Translations under genes and position numbers: made by a program
The notes under the pieces: model-generated
Seen by the model: the letters and a program-made list of their open reading frames with translations, nothing else
Database searches by the model: none
Told to the model about the DNA's origin: nothing
NCBI GenBank assembly: GCA_030550225.1
Contig: JAUQPV010000002.1
Span: 1 to 38,124 of the forward strand
Length of the DNA stretch: 38,124 nucleotides
Origin: Acidobacteriota bacterium
Lineage (GTDB): Bacteria; Acidobacteriota; HRBIN11
Reading direction: 5' to 3'
Shown here: positions 23,885-32,764 of the stretch, in pieces
Layout of the letters: each line of letters starts with the position of its first letter
How positions within the stretch are numbered: the first letter of the stretch is position 1

Positions 23885-23913
23885 TTGACATCCCCGCAGG
23901 TCCATCCTAAGAT
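23885..23913 (+). promoter_or_regulatory. Candidate sigma70-type promoter for the yjbQ / FAD-dehydrogenase / ThDP-enzyme unit
   Basis: TTGACA (23885-23890), a 17-nt spacer, then TAAGAT (23908-23913), about 110 nt upstream of ATG 24025. Sequence match only. Confidence 0.4.
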
Positions 23914-24024
23914 ACCATACTCACGTTCCCCCCGATATGGAAAGGAAGCGACGTGGCGGGGCATGCCCATCCCAAGGCCGGTAGGATGGAAGTCCCCCTA
24001 CGTCACGCGAGGGGAGGTCAGTCC

Positions 24025-24504
24025 ATGCAGGTCGTGAGCATACCCCTGCAGGCGGAATGGCTCGTATGCGCTGACACGATTAAAGTCACGACGGACCGGA
24101 AGATCGGCCTCTACAACCTGACGGACCGCATCGTGGCCTTTATCGAAAAGACGGGGCTTCAGGAGGGTATCGTCATCGCCACCACGCTTCACACGACGAC
24201 GGCCATCTTCATCAACGAATTCCAGGACGCCCTCTTACGGGATATCCAGCAGGTCTTGGAAGACTTGGTCCGGGAGGACCAGTTCTACTACCACAACTGC
24301 GACGACTACTCGGATTGTGAGCGGAGGAACGCCACGGCCCACCTGCGCTCGCTTCTCCTGGGCCACCAGGTCATCGTCCCCGTCCATCAGGGCCGTCCTG
24401 CCGTCGGGACGTGGCAGAACATCATCCTGGCCGAACTCGACGGGCCCCGGACCCGTTCCATTTACCTCCAGGCGATGGGCCTCCCCCGCGACAGTCGGAT
24501 GTAG
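24025..24504 (+). CDS. yjbQ: YjbQ/UPF0047 family protein (secondary thiamine-phosphate synthase-like)
   Basis: LHTTTAIFINEFQD and NATAHLRSLLLG family motifs. ATG 24025 is preceded by GGGGAGG. Confidence 0.8.
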   Translation: MQVVSIPLQAEWLVCADTIKVTTDRKIGLYNLTDRIVAFIEKTGLQEGIVIATTLHTTTAIFINEFQDALLRDIQQVLEDLVREDQFYYHNCDDYSDCERRNATAHLRSLLLGHQVIVPVHQGRPAVGTWQNIILAELDGPRTRSIYLQAMGLPRDSRM

Positions 24505-24580
24505 TCTTTCGTCCATCGGCTGGGATGAGAAGAAGGGCGACGGAATCCGTTCTGCCGGTCGCGGCCCCAGACCTGCAAGG

Positions 24581-26200
24581 ATGCGAACGCAACCGCTGCA
24601 CTATGAAGCCGACGTGGTGATCGTCGGAGGCGGCCTGGCCGGCCTGGTCACCGCCCTGGAACTGCTTGGAAAGGGCCGTCACGTGGTCCTGTTCGACCGC
24701 GACGTGCCAGAACGGTTGGGCGGCCTGGCGCGCGAGTCGTTCGGCGGCATATTCCTGGTCGATACGCCCCACCAGCGTCGGCTGGGAATTCGGGACAGTC
24801 CGGACCTGGCCTGGGCCGACTGGCAACGCTGTGCCCGTTTCGGACCGGACGACTCCTGGCCCCGTCGCTGGGCGCAACTCTACTGCGAGCGCTCTATACC
24901 CCTGATCTATGAGTTCCTGGACCGGCTGGGGGTGCGTTTTCTGCCGTTGGTGCACTGGCCGGAACGGGGGCTTTACGAACCCCTGAATACGGTACCCCGC
25001 TGGCATATCGCCTGGGGCACGGGCTACGAGATCGTCGCCCGGGTCATCGCCGCCTTAGAGGCCCATCCGAATCGCCGCCGGCTGGAGCTCTACTTCCGAC
25101 ATGCCGTGACGGACCTCGAACAGGCAGGCGGCCGGGTCGTGGGCGTGCGGGGCGTGGTGGAGCCAGATGGCTTGCCGTTTGAGGCGAGGGCATCGGCCGT
25201 CGTCTTGGCCTCGGGCGGCATCTGCGGGGGCGACTTGCGCAAGCTCCGAGAATGCTGGTACCGCCCCTGGGGCGACCCGCCCCAGAAGCTCCTGAACGGT
25301 TCCCACCGCTACGCCGACGGGTTATTGCACGACCGAGCGGCTGCGCTGGGAGCGCACCTGACGCACTTAGACCTGCAATGGCACTACCCGGCCGGTGTGC
25401 ACCACCCGGCCCGGCGTCGCCCTGACGACGGTCTGAGTCTGGTACCGCCGCGCTCGGCCCTCTGGTGCAATGCCCTTGGCCGCCGCATCGGTCCGCCTCC
25501 GCTGGTGGCCTATACCGATACCCGCTGGCTCGTCGAGCAGGTCCTACGTCAGCCCGGACAGTACAGTTGGCTTGTGCTCAATTACAAGATTGCCTTGCGG
25601 GAGCTGGCCGTCTCGGGCTCCGACTATATGGAGGCGTTACGCTATAAAAAACGACTCCGCCTGCTCTGGGAGCTCCTGCACGGCCATCACCGGCTCGTGC
25701 GACGACTTATCGACGAATGTCCGGACGACTTCGTAGTCGCCGACACCCTGGAAGAACTTATCGAAGGCATGAATGCCCGGAGTCTGTTCGGCCTTCGGGT
25801 CGATGGCGAGGGGCTGACACGGGACATCCAGGCCTACGACGCAATGATCGCCCGGGGCCCAGCTTTCTTCAACGACGAGCAATTGCGGCGGCTGATGAAC
25901 TTCCGCACTTACCGCGCCGACCGGCTCCGTCTGTGCCGCTTTCAGCCAATCCTCGACCCGAAGGCCCGTCCGCTCATCGCAATCCGCTGTTTCATCCTGA
26001 GTCGCAAGAGCTTAGGCGGGCTGAAAACGAACCTGGAGGGACAGGTCCTCCGTCCCGACGACACGCCGATCCCGGGGCTGTACGCCGTGGGCGAGACGGC
26101 CGGCTTTGGCGGCGGGGGCATCCATGGGCAGGGCTCCCTGGAAGGGACGTTTCTGGGCGCCTGCATCCTCACGGCTCGGCTTACCGCCCAAAACCTGTAA
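24581..26200 (+). CDS. FAD-binding dehydrogenase (KstD/fumarate-reductase-like flavoprotein, COG3573 type)
   Basis: DVVIVGGGLAGL dinucleotide-binding N-terminus and C-terminal GLYAVGETAGFGGGGIHG. 539 aa from ATG 24581. Confidence 0.8.
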   Translation: MRTQPLHYEADVVIVGGGLAGLVTALELLGKGRHVVLFDRDVPERLGGLARESFGGIFLVDTPHQRRLGIRDSPDLAWADWQRCARFGPDDSWPRRWAQLYCERSIPLIYEFLDRLGVRFLPLVHWPERGLYEPLNTVPRWHIAWGTGYEIVARVIAALEAHPNRRRLELYFRHAVTDLEQAGGRVVGVRGVVEPDGLPFEARASAVVLASGGICGGDLRKLRECWYRPWGDPPQKLLNGSHRYADGLLHDRAAALGAHLTHLDLQWHYPAGVHHPARRRPDDGLSLVPPRSALWCNALGRRIGPPPLVAYTDTRWLVEQVLRQPGQYSWLVLNYKIALRELAVSGSDYMEALRYKKRLRLLWELLHGHHRLVRRLIDECPDDFVVADTLEELIEGMNARSLFGLRVDGEGLTRDIQAYDAMIARGPAFFNDEQLRRLMNFRTYRADRLRLCRFQPILDPKARPLIAIRCFILSRKSLGGLKTNLEGQVLRPDDTPIPGLYAVGETAGFGGGGIHGQGSLEGTFLGACILTARLTAQNL

Positions 26201-26221
26201 TCTTTCAGGCCGGGTCGACCC

Positions 26222-27970
26222 ATGCAGGGGAAAAGGAGCGGAGCCTGGCTGATTCGTTATGCACTGGAACGACTGCCGGTGCCCTTCACGTTTGGCATCC
26301 CCGGCGTGCACGTGACGGAGCTCTACGACGAGCTGGGGCAGAGCGACCGCGTGCGACCGGTGCTCGTCACGCATGAAGGCGGCGGCGCCTTTATGGCCGA
26401 CGCCGTCAGCCGTACGGCGCCTGACCGTATCGGGGCCCTCGCCATCGTCCCGGCGGCCGGAGCCGCACTGGCCATGGGCGGTCTGGGCGAGGCCTACCTG
26501 GCGGGCGTGCCGCTCCTGGTCATCGCGGGCGGCGTCCGTACCGACGTGCCGTATCGCTTCCAGGTCCATGAAATCGACCAGGGACGACTGGTCCGAGCTG
26601 TCACGAAAGGATTCTGGCGCGTGCTACGTCATGTCGACATCGTACCGACCATCTTCGAGGCCTACCGGACGGCCGTCACGGGCGTACCCGGCCCTGTCTT
26701 CGTCGAGGTACCGGCGAACGTACAGCTCTTTCGGGACGAAGTGCCGGCCCTGCCGACTTTCCAGCCTCCGCCCCCGCCGGAGGCGCCGGACGACATGCTT
26801 ATCGAAGAAGCCGCCCGTGTGCTGGCCTCAGCCGAGCGACCCGGCATTTTCGTCGGATGGGGCGCCGTCGACGCTACCGAAGCGCTTGTGGGAATCGCCG
26901 AACGGTTGGGCGCGCCGGTCGCCACCACGTTACAGGGCCTGAGTGCCTTCCCGGGCCACCATCCGCTCTATGCCGGCATGGGCTTCTCCCCGGCGGCCGT
27001 ACCGGGGGCCGAACGGGCCTTCCGGGACTGCGATGCGCTCCTGGCCGTCGGGACCCGCTTTGCCGAGATTCCGACGGGGAGCTTTAGCGTGCGCGTGCCC
27101 GAAGCGCTTGTCCATGTCGACCTCGACCCGCAGGTCCTCGGGGCGAACTATCCGGCCCGAGTGGCCGTCGCAGGCGACAGCCGCGTGGTATTGCCCCGCC
27201 TGCTGGAAGCGCTACGCGACCTGAAGGTCGACCGCCGCGAGCGACGTGAGGCCGTGGCCCGGCAACTAAGGGCCGACAAGCAGGCCTATCGCGAAGCCTG
27301 GTACCGACACGACAGCGGCCGTCGCGTGAATCCGGCCCGGTTTTTCGATGCCCTACGGGCCGTATTACCCGACGAGGCCATCGTGACGGTGGACAACGGC
27401 AACCACACATACTTGACAGCCGAGCTGTTCGAGGTACGGCGACCACGCACGCTCATCGTACCCAGCGACTTCAACTGTATGGGCTATGCCGTGCCGGCGG
27501 CCGTCGGTGCCCGCTTGGCCCATCCCGACCGGCCCGTCGTGGCCATCGTAGGCGACGGCGCCTTTCTCATGACCGGCTTCGAGTTACTGACAGCTCGGCG
27601 CATGAAGGTCGGTGTGGTCTGCTGTGTCTTCCATGACGGCGAGCTGAGCCAGATCTCCCAGGGCCAGGCGGTCGCCTACAACCGGAAGACCTGCACCGTG
27701 ATCGGCGACGTACGGTTCGAAGGGATCGCCCAGGCTGTAGGGGCCCGTTACGTCCTGCTCACGGGCGATACGGCGGCCATGCGACGCATGCTCCAAGAGG
27801 CGCTGGCGTGGGCGGCCGACGGTGACTCCGTGATCGTCGAGGTGCCTATCGACTATAGCCGGCGCACCCGGTTCACTCAGGGCGTGGTGAAGACCGTAAT
27901 GGCCCGTTTCCCGACCGGCGACCGGCTGCGCTTTGTAGGCCGTGCTCTCTGGCGTCGGTTGTGGGGATAA
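26222..27970 (+). CDS. Thiamine-diphosphate-dependent enzyme (acetolactate-synthase-like fold)
   Basis: N-terminal PYR domain (GIPGVHVTELYD), ThDP-binding GDGAFLMTGFELLTA motif. 582 aa. Confidence 0.85.
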   Translation: MQGKRSGAWLIRYALERLPVPFTFGIPGVHVTELYDELGQSDRVRPVLVTHEGGGAFMADAVSRTAPDRIGALAIVPAAGAALAMGGLGEAYLAGVPLLVIAGGVRTDVPYRFQVHEIDQGRLVRAVTKGFWRVLRHVDIVPTIFEAYRTAVTGVPGPVFVEVPANVQLFRDEVPALPTFQPPPPPEAPDDMLIEEAARVLASAERPGIFVGWGAVDATEALVGIAERLGAPVATTLQGLSAFPGHHPLYAGMGFSPAAVPGAERAFRDCDALLAVGTRFAEIPTGSFSVRVPEALVHVDLDPQVLGANYPARVAVAGDSRVVLPRLLEALRDLKVDRRERREAVARQLRADKQAYREAWYRHDSGRRVNPARFFDALRAVLPDEAIVTVDNGNHTYLTAELFEVRRPRTLIVPSDFNCMGYAVPAAVGARLAHPDRPVVAIVGDGAFLMTGFELLTARRMKVGVVCCVFHDGELSQISQGQAVAYNRKTCTVIGDVRFEGIAQAVGARYVLLTGDTAAMRRMLQEALAWAADGDSVIVEVPIDYSRRTRFTQGVVKTVMARFPTGDRLRFVGRALWRRLWG

Positions 27971-28061
27971 AAAAGAGCGGGCTCCCTGATTCCCGACCGG
28001 AAGCGTCTTGGCAAGCCCGCTGGGTCGACATGCACGGCTTGGACCTGACCGTCGGCCGGGA

Positions 28062-28946
28062 TCACTCGTATGGCGAAGCCGTAGACCACTGCCAGGCGAC
28101 GCACCGGACGTGACCCAGCAGGTCTTGCCACTGTCCGATGCATCGTCCTCCCAGACGACTCAGCCACTCGATAACACGCGAGGCTTGGCTCGCCCCGACC
28201 TCGACGACGAGGACACCCCCCGGCCGCAGACGGCGTTTCGCCTGCCGGCCCAGGGTCGTGTACACGTAGGCCGGGCCCCGGGGATGAAAGAGGGCCGCCG
28301 GAGGCTCATAGTCTCGGACCTCGGGTGGCGCCTGACGCCACTCCCGGCGAGTCATATAGGGTGGGTTGGCGATGATGAGGTCCCACAAAGGCCGGGGCGG
28401 CGTAGCATCGAGCCAGTTTCCGCACCATACGTGGACCCGGTCGTGGACGCCGTACCGTTCAGCATTCTGGCGGGCGGCCCGGACGGCCGTCAGCGATAGG
28501 TCGACGGCCCAGACACGGCATCTCGGGTAAACCCGGGCCAGGGCGATCGCCAGGGCCCCCACGCCGGTCCCGACGTCGACGATGGCCCCGGCCCATGCCT
28601 GGTCCGGCCATAGGTCCAAGACGGCCTCGACCAGGGTCTCGGTCTCCGGTCGGGGAATGAAGACACCGGTCGGGACGACCAAGTCGGCCAGATCCCAAAA
28701 GCCCCAGGTCCCCAGGACGTACTGGATGGGCCATCCGCCCAGCCATCGGTCTACGGCGGCCCGGAATCGGGCTTCGACCGACGGGGGGACATCCTGCCGC
28801 AAGTCGGCTAACACGGCTTCGGGCGAGGTACGGAGGCCGTCGGCCAGCAGACGTACCAAGAGGAGAAAGACGTGCTCCATGGAGAGGTCTGGAAACCGTT
28901 CCCGGACTTGGCGGAGGGCTTCTTGGATCAGTGTGCGGGCTTGCAT
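28062..28946 (-). CDS. prmC: Release factor glutamine N5-methyltransferase PrmC/HemK
   Basis: VDVGTGVGALA SAM motif and IIANPPYM (NPPY). 294 aa. Confidence 0.88.
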   Translation of the reverse strand: MQARTLIQEALRQVRERFPDLSMEHVFLLLVRLLADGLRTSPEAVLADLRQDVPPSVEARFRAAVDRWLGGWPIQYVLGTWGFWDLADLVVPTGVFIPRPETETLVEAVLDLWPDQAWAGAIVDVGTGVGALAIALARVYPRCRVWAVDLSLTAVRAARQNAERYGVHDRVHVWCGNWLDATPPRPLWDLIIANPPYMTRREWRQAPPEVRDYEPPAALFHPRGPAYVYTTLGRQAKRRLRPGGVLVVEVGASQASRVIEWLSRLGGRCIGQWQDLLGHVRCVAWQWSTASPYE

Positions 28947-28962
28947 CGAGGCACCGGGACGC

Positions 28963-30723
28963 TCATGGTGGGGCGACTCGACGGGCCTTTTGGCAGACCT
29001 CTTCGGCCTCGGCCCAGGCCCGGGGGTAGCCTGGGTCCTCGGGGCTCATGCAGGCCAGGACTTGAATGCGTGTATCACAGGCCTGAATCCACGCCTGCTG
29101 GGCCTCCGCCACTGCTGCCTGCCGTCGGAGGGCCTGGACCTGGGTGGGCGTCATTGAGCAAGTCGGTGGAACGGCCGGGACCGGTAGGCCCTCCGGATGC
29201 CGGAGGACATCGGAGCTCGGGAGTACCGGCGGGGTACCCGACGTTTGGAAGACCCGAGCGCCTCCATAGAAGAGAGCCGCACCGATGAGCAGGCCGACCA
29301 AGCCGGCCACCGCCCAGGCCCTCTTCGACATCCGACCCGGTCCCGTCGAGCCGTCAGGCACCGCCGGTTCGGCCGCCGGGACCTCGGGTACGGGTTGAGG
29401 TTCCACCCGAGTCATGATGGCTCGCAGACGGATGTCCAGGTCCTGGAGATAATCTACGGCAGAGCCCACGACGGGGGCCCGATTCCACTCAAGCTGTTTC
29501 CAGGCGTTCCAGGCGTCCAACAGACGCCCCTGGGCTAAAGCTGATTCCATCTCGGAGCGCCATCGGGGAAAGGCCGCCGAAGGCTTCTCTCGCAGGGACG
29601 GCCCGGCCGGACGGGAGGCTTCGGAAGACGTCCAAGGTTCAGGCGTCGGGGGCTCCAGAGGTCCACCCCGAAAGCTCTGCACCACACGAGACCGTCGTTC
29701 TTCGACCCAACTTTCCTGGGCCAGGCCCTGCGCGACCCAGGGGTCAAAACGTTGGAGGACTTCGTGAAACCACAGAGCGGCTTCTTCATCTCGGTCTCGT
29801 AAGGCCCGAAACCGCCACTCCTTGATCTGGTTTTCCATCTGGCGGCGATAGTCTGCGTAATACCCTTGGGGGTCGCGAAAGAACCGCTGAAGATGGGCTT
29901 CGTCGGCTTCGAGGCTGACCCGCCGGTACAGGCGGTTCAGCGACCGAGCCAGGGCCGTCAGGTCTGGCCGATTCAGTTCCAGCAGACTCCGGACCCAGGC
30001 GTCCAATTCGCCAGGGAGCCAGGGGACCACGGCCTGTAAGGGAAGCCGCAGGGTCCACACGGGCGGACCGGACTTGTCTTGGACCCACGGCCATCGGCCC
30101 GTCAGCAGAAAATAAGCCGTCACGCCGAGGCTGTAAGTGTCCCACCGACGGCCGGTCGGGACCTCGGTTTCGGACGTGCCCGAAAGCCCGCCCAGGCGGG
30201 CCACCTCCCAGGGACACGCAAAGCCATAGGCCGACGCATAACCTGGGGCGACGACCGGCGGGACGATCCGGACTTGACCGGTCTCGTCCAGGAAAATGGT
30301 CGAAAGACCCAGCCGACCGTGACTGGCTTCCCGGCGGCCCGCCTCGTCCATGCGGTGATAGAATTCCTGAAGTCCTCGGAGGACCTGCTCCAGGACCATG
30401 CAGGCCACGGGCCATGGGAATAGAGGGACGTGCGAAAAGAACTGATCGAGGGGCTGGAGCCGGCCTGCCTCGAAGACCACGTAAAGGTCCAGACCCTCAT
30501 GAAAGCGACCGGCCGGCCGGAGAAAGACGGAAGGTGGCAAGCCCTGCCAGTAGTCCAAAAGCTCTTCGATGGATCGCCGAAAAGCCTCGTGGAAGTAATC
30601 GAACCGAAGGACCCGCCAGATGCGGACGGGGACACCCTCCTGGACGTCCAGCGCCTCCCAGAGCTCCCCGACCGTCGTCCGTCGGGTCACCCGGGCGTCA
30701 CGGTAGCGTGTCCACGGGTTCAT
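28963..30723 (-). CDS. Membrane-anchored Hanks-type pseudokinase with Cys-containing C-terminal domain
   Basis: Kinase-fold remnants: SHGRLGLSTIFLDETGQVRI where HRDLKPxNILLD is expected, ACPWEVARLG (APE-like), DTYSLGVTAYFLLTGRWPW. Transmembrane segment AWAVAGLVGLLIGAALFYGGA. Start MNPWTRY at 30723. The track ORF extension runs through repeat B and the neighbouring gene. Confidence 0.6.
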   Translation of the reverse strand: MNPWTRYRDARVTRRTTVGELWEALDVQEGVPVRIWRVLRFDYFHEAFRRSIEELLDYWQGLPPSVFLRPAGRFHEGLDLYVVFEAGRLQPLDQFFSHVPLFPWPVACMVLEQVLRGLQEFYHRMDEAGRREASHGRLGLSTIFLDETGQVRIVPPVVAPGYASAYGFACPWEVARLGGLSGTSETEVPTGRRWDTYSLGVTAYFLLTGRWPWVQDKSGPPVWTLRLPLQAVVPWLPGELDAWVRSLLELNRPDLTALARSLNRLYRRVSLEADEAHLQRFFRDPQGYYADYRRQMENQIKEWRFRALRDRDEEAALWFHEVLQRFDPWVAQGLAQESWVEERRSRVVQSFRGGPLEPPTPEPWTSSEASRPAGPSLREKPSAAFPRWRSEMESALAQGRLLDAWNAWKQLEWNRAPVVGSAVDYLQDLDIRLRAIMTRVEPQPVPEVPAAEPAVPDGSTGPGRMSKRAWAVAGLVGLLIGAALFYGGARVFQTSGTPPVLPSSDVLRHPEGLPVPAVPPTCSMTPTQVQALRRQAAVAEAQQAWIQACDTRIQVLACMSPEDPGYPRAWAEAEEVCQKARRVAPP

Positions 30724-30733
30724 ATTCGCCTGA

Positions 30734-30948
30734 CACAGCCGTTCGGTCCATGAGAATCCTGATGGATTCGGCTTTTCCGACCCTTCGAGAAATCGGTGTT
30801 CGGTGTGGGGTATTGGGTTCTTGAAAAAGGGCCTGAAACCTAACACCCAACACCTGACACCCGTCCTCCGCCTTGCTTGAAAAATCGCCATCCTCCCAGG
30901 GTCGGCAGGGCTGAATCCATCCGGGTTCTCACGGGCTAAACGGCTCTG
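30734..30948. repeat. Nested-palindromic repeat element, copy B (variant)
   Basis: CACAGCCGTTCGGTCCATGAGAAT... to ...GGGTTCTCACGGGCTAAACGGCTCTG. Shorter heptamer core (ggtgttcggtgtggggtattgggtt / aacctaacacccaacacctgacaccc). Confidence 0.85.
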
Positions 30949-31700
30949 CTCATCTCGAAAAGGGCCTGGAGGCGTCGGACCTCTTCTTCGTCGATGAGGT
31001 CGACGGGAAGAGTCGCCCACGTCCATCCGAAGACAGTCCCGAAACCGACTTGCAGGGCTTCTCGCAAGTCCCGAAGGGACGGTATCCCGCCACATACCTC
31101 CCGGAGCGTCGTGAAGGCCGGCCGGAAGAGGCCCGGTCGGAAGACCGCCGCCAGCCGGAAGTCGAAGTCCAACAAGATCGACCCATGCTGAAGGACGACC
31201 GAACGGCCCCATCGCTGAGCGCTCCCGATCAGTTTACGACCGTCGACCGTGATTTCATAGTGCGCCGTCTCGGCAAAACAGAAGCCCTCGAGTCGACCGG
31301 CCGGCCGGGCCGGTCGGGCGATGTCGGCTCGCGGGAGGCCCAACCGATGAAGGGCTGTCTGCAGGGCTTGGCTGATGCGCTCGTAGGCCTCCAAGGGCTT
31401 AGCCACCCCCAGTTGAGCCGGCGTGGCAATGACGCTGTATGTGAGTTCGTGATGATGTAGGACGGCCGCCCCACCGGTCGGGCGCCGGACGACGTCTACG
31501 CCGAGGTCCTGACAGGCTTTCGGGTCTACGACCCTCTCCGCCGTCTGATGGTACCCCAGGGACACCGTGGGCCGGACCCACTGGTAGAACCGCACGACCG
31601 GCGGCCGGTCCGGCCCCTGGGTCTTCCATAGCCAGAAGTCCAGGGCCATGTTCCAGGCGCCGGTCCGGGGGTCGTCTTGCAAAAGGTAAGCCACCGACAT
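30936..31700 (-). CDS. Lipoate/octanoate-protein ligase family protein (LplA/LipM-like catalytic domain only)
   Basis: RRPTGGAAVLHHHELTYS (RRxSGGGAVxHD-like) and GRKLIGSAQRW (conserved Lys) motifs. 254 aa. Starts 7 nt after the ATP-grasp gene. Confidence 0.75.
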   Translation of the reverse strand: MSVAYLLQDDPRTGAWNMALDFWLWKTQGPDRPPVVRFYQWVRPTVSLGYHQTAERVVDPKACQDLGVDVVRRPTGGAAVLHHHELTYSVIATPAQLGVAKPLEAYERISQALQTALHRLGLPRADIARPARPAGRLEGFCFAETAHYEITVDGRKLIGSAQRWGRSVVLQHGSILLDFDFRLAAVFRPGLFRPAFTTLREVCGGIPSLRDLREALQVGFGTVFGWTWATLPVDLIDEEEVRRLQALFEMSRAV

Positions 31701-31707
31701 GGGGTTG

Positions 31708-32757
31708 CTACTTGCCCGAGAAGGTCTGGCACCGGATCCCCTGCCGGACCTTCGTGAAGACGGCCTGACCCACGATCCGTGCGTCTTTCGGCAGTCGGCC
31801 CTCCCGGCAGACCTCCCATATGGCCCGTGCGAGGTTGCACGAGATGACCCGTCGGAGACCGATGTAAGAGGTCGTCAGCCGGGGGTTGATCTCCATTAGC
31901 CATGCCTTCCCGCTGGCCAAGACCAGGTCGACGCCGACATAGCCCCGCAAGCCCGGGACCTGACGGACAGCGGCCTCGGCCACCTCGAACGCCCGAGTCC
32001 TCAAGGGATGTTGTAGGGGGACGACGCCGCCTCGATATATGAAGGGGCATCCGGCGACGATCCGCTGACCGTTCAGGCTTAAGGGGCGGACATGGCCGTC
32101 GTCGGTCACTAACAGGGAGACACTGGCATGATCGCCGGGCACGAGCCGCTGAAGTAAGATCTCCTCCTGCCGGGTCGCCTGAGCCAGAAGTTCTTGGACG
32201 ACGGTCAGCTCCTCGGGCGACCTGACTTGGCAGACGCCCTCACAGCCCACGCCGTCGATGGGCTTGACGACGAGGGGGAAGCCGAAACGGACGGCCTCCA
32301 CCAGCAGGTCGGCCCGGCGGACGCGCCGGGTCTCAGGCGTCGGAAGGCCGGCGGCCCGGAAGTGTTCATAACAGGCCCATTTGTCGGTCGCGACGGCCAC
32401 GGCCATCGGCCGCGGGCCTAACAGAAAGACCCCGGCTGTCTCGACGAGGGCGCTGAGACGGGTCAGGACCCCGTTCACCTCCGGGGCGATGACAAGGGCG
32501 GCCTCGCAGGTTCCCAGGAGGTCGGACAGGACGGCCTCATACTCACCAGGCGTCACGTCGACGACGATGTCAGCCCCACGGGGGCGCCGGGTCAGCCGCC
32601 GGTCGTGGGTCGTCACGGTCTGAACGGCACCCCAGGCTCGAAAGTCGGCCAGGGCGGCTTCAAGCATCGCCCGACCCTCGGCGGCGAGGCCAGCCGGGAG
32701 CTTGCCGGGCGGCCAGCCCCCGCCGGTGACGAACTCAAAGACAAGGACGCGAGGCAT
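31708..32757 (-). CDS. ATP-grasp ligase of the H4MPT/methanofuran cofactor-biosynthesis type (MptN/MfnD-like)
   Basis: N-terminus MPRVLVFEFVTGGGW followed by an ATP-grasp body (PLVVKPIDGVGCEGV). Sits among mch, fhcD and mptG. Upstream ATGs at 32766, 32775 and 32784 are possible alternative starts. Confidence 0.6.
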   Translation of the reverse strand: MPRVLVFEFVTGGGWPPGKLPAGLAAEGRAMLEAALADFRAWGAVQTVTTHDRRLTRRPRGADIVVDVTPGEYEAVLSDLLGTCEAALVIAPEVNGVLTRLSALVETAGVFLLGPRPMAVAVATDKWACYEHFRAAGLPTPETRRVRRADLLVEAVRFGFPLVVKPIDGVGCEGVCQVRSPEELTVVQELLAQATRQEEILLQRLVPGDHASVSLLVTDDGHVRPLSLNGQRIVAGCPFIYRGGVVPLQHPLRTRAFEVAEAAVRQVPGLRGYVGVDLVLASGKAWLMEINPRLTTSYIGLRRVISCNLARAIWEVCREGRLPKDARIVGQAVFTKVRQGIRCQTFSGK

Positions 32758-32764
32758 TCGGTTC

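Noticed and set aside
27976-28021. Bidirectional terminator between the ThDP-enzyme gene and prmC
   Set aside because: There is only an 8-bp stem (AGCGGGCT/AGCCCGCT) with a 30-nt loop and no T-runs. This is too weak to call.
30724-31212. N-terminal extension of the pseudokinase ORF (749-aa version)
   Set aside because: The extension runs through repeat copy B and then overlaps the LplA-like gene out of frame. The kinase-like homology only begins after Met at 30723.
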